A stretch of 57,205 nucleotides of DNA, the filler included, from Jimgerdemannia flammicorona (taxonomy: Eukaryota), in NCBI GenBank assembly GCA_003990765.1. It is 2 parts of 2 records of this genome, joined end to end, with 100 filler letters (N's around TTAATTAATTAA, not from the genome) between each part and the next. Parts side by side here need not be neighbours in the genome. Positions count along the whole stretch, not along the records: positions 28,663 to 57,205 come from RBNJ01000553.1; 1 more part is not named here. The stretch is one strand, 5' to 3'. Both the position numbers and the translations under genes were made by a program. This document shows positions 52,791 through 57,205 of the stretch, piece after piece (within the stretch, counting starts at the first letter, position 1; the number at the start of each line of letters is the position of its first letter). The notes below the pieces were generated by a model. That model ran no database searches. It saw only the letters and a program-made list of their open reading frames with translations, and was not told the DNA's origin.

Positions 52791-53174
52791 ATTTGGGTGA
52801 CGTCACCGGCAGCAATTTTAAAGCACCATCAAAACAAATTGCGGGTCATATGATAGCTCGTCAGGTGACCTGCAATAGCTTATTGTGGGTTATCATATAT
52901 CATTACTATGATAAGAGATAATCTCAAGATTAAGAGATTTTATATTACTTTTAAAATCTCATAAATCTAATACTTACTATAATCTCTACTAAAGTATGAA
53001 AATAACTATTAAATCTAATAACTAAGTAACTATCAGTATAGATATTAATATAGAAGTTTCTAGTCTAGTTAAAAAAGAAAAACTCTATATAGCTAAAGAA
53101 GTTATAGACTAAAGTTTTAAAGAAAAAATCAAGATCTTATTATATAATATAAGATAGAAATCAATTGAAGTTAT

Positions 53175-54600
53175 TAGTACTTCCAAATGAATTAAATCAA
53201 TTCAAATTAAATTGAATTAAGGGTAATTTGAATTAAATCAAATTAAAGATTTTTTAATTTATTTATTATTCAATATAATATATTCAGTACTTGTGATACT
53301 TGCTCAATATATTCTACTTGTCTGATATATTCTACTTACTTAATATATTTCACTTACTCAATACATTCCACTCACCTAATATATTCTACTTACTGATATA
53401 TTCTACTTATCTAATACTCAATACCTAGTAGTATATTTGACTATAGTAATAGCCAATTGATAGGAATTGTCATAAGTTATTTTTTTCAAATACAGATTAG
53501 GAATTAATAAATTCAACTTCTGGCAAATTTTAAGAAGGATATCATAAGTCTTCTTATATTATTTGTAATTATTACAACTAGTCTGAGGATGGCCTCTTGG
53601 CTTTGAGATTGCTGAGATAACTGAGACTATAGGGGCTAGAGCTGGGGGGGCCAGAGTGATGACCAGGACTAGGGTGATGATCAGGGCCAGGGTGATGACT
53701 AGAGCTGGAGGAGTAATCAGAGCAACAACTAGAGCTGGAGTGATGACTGGAGCTAGAAAGATGACTGGAGCAGCTAAGAGGGTCAGGACAATAGTCAAGA
53801 TAAATTACTCAATCACATTATTAATTATTTTTTTCTTTTTTTTATATTTATTTTAAGTAGTATCAATTTTATCAATTATGTACCACCCAAATAGATATTT
53901 TATCAATTGTATAGTTCATATCTTTGAAATAATTTAAGAGATAGTTGAGATAAGCTTGAATATATATTTTATTTTCTTTTTATTAAGTTTTTTATTTTTT
54001 TATTTTTTTATTAAAGATAGTAGTCTAGATAGCTTATTTATATATTTTTAATACCAGACCAATAAGCAAACTCTGAGAGCTTCATAAGCCATAGTGATAT
54101 AATTAAAGCTTTAAATATAGTTGAGAGCTGTAGTGATACAATTAATGAGCAAGTCCTGAGAGCTTCAAATATGGTGCCAAGAGCATAAGTAAGCTAGAAG
54201 CTAAAGCTATAGTGATATAATTAATGAGTAAGCTCTGAGAGCTTTAAATATGGTGCCAAGAGTATAAATAAGTCAGAAGATACATAGTACTAAAAGCTAT
54301 AGTAATGCAATTAATGAGCTAACCTTAAGAACTTTGAATATAATAGTATATATATTAGAAATTATATTCAAATATTATAATATAGATATATTTATTTAGT
54401 ATTTTTAGATTAAACTATATGTTAAGATATTTTGACTATATTTTAAGATTTTGAGATTTATTAGCTTATTACTATATCTTTAAACACATATATTTACAAA
54501 TTGTTTCAAAGTCTAAAGTACCTCTTTTAGGTACTATAAGATCTTAATCTCTTGAAAAAACTCTCTCTATAAGTGTACTTATTACTGGGATAGCTAAATA
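53175..54600. mobile_element. AT-rich decayed DNA-transposon-like relic with internal minisatellites (right boundary uncertain)
   Basis: Begins TAGTACTTC plus TTCAAA/TTGAA motifs like the hAT end at 7640. Tandem repeats at about 53285-53420, 53630-53790 (18 bp) and 54065-54340 (about 78 bp). Confidence 0.45.
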
Positions 54601-54614
54601 GTTACATGCTCTCT

Positions 54615-57205
54615 ATAAGTTTCTCATGAGGGCCCTTTGGGTAAGAAGAGTTCAGCAGAGGTAGGAGGGAGCATTGAATACTAATGGTCATCTAGTATAT
54701 GGCATATAAGATATTCTTAGATTATTAAAGAAGAGATGGAGTGGTCTGTGGAGTGAGGAGGTGGGAGAGACTAATGATACTGCTATTGACTATACTTTGA
54801 AGAATTGGTATCCACTATAGGTAGAAGGACTGAGCAGTCTGGTATTACTAGTATGGGAGGAGGAGATTTGCTAGGTTTTTGCTATAACTATACTGGGTAT
54901 GGCACCAGGGGAGGATGACTTGCCCTAGGACTTTTGGAAGAAGATAGTGAAAATCCCTAGTATACTAGAAGAGCTGATGGTAATGTATAACTTGGTGCTA
55001 CAGTTAGAGAGATAGGTGGGTAAGTAGAATCTGGAGCTGGTGGCACTACTTTATAAGAATAAAGGCAGAAGAGAGGACTGGAGGAACTGGTAGCCAATTA
55101 TGCTGCTGAATATGGACAGAAAGTTGGTTACTAAGTTGGTGGTGATAAGATTGCAGAAAGTGGTCCAGCAGGTATTGGGAGAGGAGTAGCAGGGCTTTGT
55201 AGGTGGCCAGCTCATTAGAGATAGTATAGCTTGAGTGCATGATATTATTGAGAGGATACAAGCCTGTGGACTAGATGGATGTCTGGTTTTTCTAGATCAA
55301 GAGAAGGTATATGACTGTGTTTGGCAGGTCTGGTTGGTGAAGGTACTGGATAGAATTAGCATCCCTCAGCAATTTCAAGTAGTAATGTTCAGTTTACTGG
55401 AAGAGAGTAGAGCAGCACTCATGTATAATAGACACCAAGAGGGAGCTTTTCTTCTAGATGGGGGGGTTTCCCAAGAGGATCCATTGTCTTCCATTTTGTA
55501 TGTACTCTCATTAGAGCTATTGATGAATAAGATTCAGCAGAAGATTATAGGGCTCTCAATAGGGCATTGGATAGAATGTTGGAGCCTTTGCAGATGATAT
55601 AGTAGTTGGCCTGAGATCAATTGCTAATGTGGAAGAACATAAGACAACAGTGAAGTGGTATGAGGTATATTCTGGGACTAAACTCAATTAACACAAGTAT
55701 AAGATAATGGTGTTAGGTAATGGCCTAGTGAGAGGGAATATCATTGGAATAATTATCCCTATGGGAGAGATAGTGAGATACTTAGATATTTATCTCTCAA
55801 TATATAGATTGGTCTTACCAAAAGCTTAGTAGGAGTAGTGAGTTGCAATCTGAGAAGAGACCTTGCAAAGTTGGGGTAGCTATCACCTGTCTCTAGTAGA
55901 GTATATTTCTATTTTGAATATCTACTGACTACTGAAGCTGTGGTATTTGGCTTATTATCTGGACTTCTCAGCCTAGGTAGTGAAGAGATTGCTGAAGCTG
56001 GCCAAGGATTGGATCTGGGCTGAGAGGAGGAGTTAGATTAGCTGGAAAATCTTATCTTTGCTAGTCACTAGAGGAGGTCTGAGACTGGTTGACTTTCTGA
56101 AGAGGCTATACTACCTGAGAGCATGGTGACTGAAGAGGACAGTGGAGCTGAGAGATATAGCTGAATTCCTCTAATGAAGAGGGTCTGAGAGATGAGGTCC
56201 TCACCAAGAAGCTTTATAGATGATCTACTGTCCTTAGTTGGGCTTCAGAACAATGATCACATATAGTACAAGGGATTCTGGTAGGGGGTTGTAGATGAGA
56301 TACACTATATTGGAATTTACTGACAGAGAGATAAAGGGGAGATACCTTGGGGTCCTGCAATATAGAGATAGGACTATATACTATTGGAGAGCATCTCATT
56401 ACTTGACTTCAATATTAGCAATAGGGTTGAATATTAGAGGGAGTTAGGACAGAATTTGTGGCCTAGCAGATAGCAGCAGGCAGATATTAGGGAGGAGTGA
56501 AACTGGAATGAGGTTTGGACCTAGAGTGCTGAGGTCAAGCAATAGTTACCACCAAAGTACTGAGTAGTTTGGAAGCATATGTTGTAGAGGAATATCATGC
56601 TCAACTTTTGCTCAGACCATCTAGTTGAGGGGAGAAGTTTTGACTATGAGGAGTGCTATAATGTAGGGCAGAAAGGGGGTTTTATACAGATATCTGAATA
56701 TTAGCTGGAAGAGTGTGAGATGCTTAATGACTTCTGGTTAATAGTTGGGCATTGATTGGATATAGTGTATAGGAGAGTTGATGTGAGGGGCTGATGGGAG
56801 GATTTGCAGAATAGATTGGTGGGGGGGGGGTTGGGGTAGAGTGACTTACTTTAGGTTGAGTTATGACTATATGAGTAGGGTTAGCAGGTCACTGGTTGTT
56901 TGTGTTTAAGGATAAGAGGAGTCTAAGATTAAGAATATAGTTACTGAGATAAGAAGGGCTGATGGAGGACATCTTGATGGGCTAGTGGCTTGGTTAAAGT
57001 CTACAGAGTAGTCAGTAGTATAGTTTGGTAGAGAAAGTCTATAGACAGAGTAGGAGAAGAGTTGGGATAGTAAGTGATAGGGTATCTTTCAAGTATAAAA
57101 ATATAGGAAGAAGCTCTCCTAGGGGGATTGAGTAGTGGGAGAAGGTATTGTAACTATATCTATAGACTGGTAATAAATGGCAAAATCCAAGTGACTATAA
57201 AAAAA
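54615..57205 (+). mobile_element. LINE copy 4, 5'-truncated and most decayed (ORF2 RT half plus 3' end)
   Basis: Colinear with copy 1 ORF2 (LDQEKVYD, SQEDPLS, AFADD); ends AATAAA...GTGACTATAAAAAAA at the window end. Confidence 0.92.

Overview
Eukaryotic, transposon-dense fungal scaffold. Short GT-AG introns, a TKL-type kinase and restriction-endonuclease-like gene families suggest Mucoromycota such as Endogonales or Glomeromycotina (inference). About two thirds of the window is nested mobile DNA: four copies of one L1/Tx1-like LINE family at different decay stages, a fifth unrelated 5'-truncated LINE, an intron-containing hAT relic, a structurally complete Ngaro-type tyrosine-recombinase retrotransposon (A1-gag-pol-YR-B1-A2-B2), a dUTPase-carrying Ty3/Gypsy element hit by two LINEs, and an older AT-rich Gypsy relic. 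Host-like genes between the elements all look conflict or immunity related: a kinase spliced to one-exon-per-repeat 28-aa LRRs, a lipase-3 plus P-loop GTPase fusion, two PD-(D/E)xK-like genes and a TPR relic. The most unusual signals are a 10-copy non-coding 21-bp repeat/spacer array behind the recombinase gene of the Ngaro element, the modular kinase-LRR gene, a probable ORF inside Gypsy LTRs, and a graded C-to-T decay of repeats that extends beyond CpG. All calls come from manual reading of motifs; no database searches were run.
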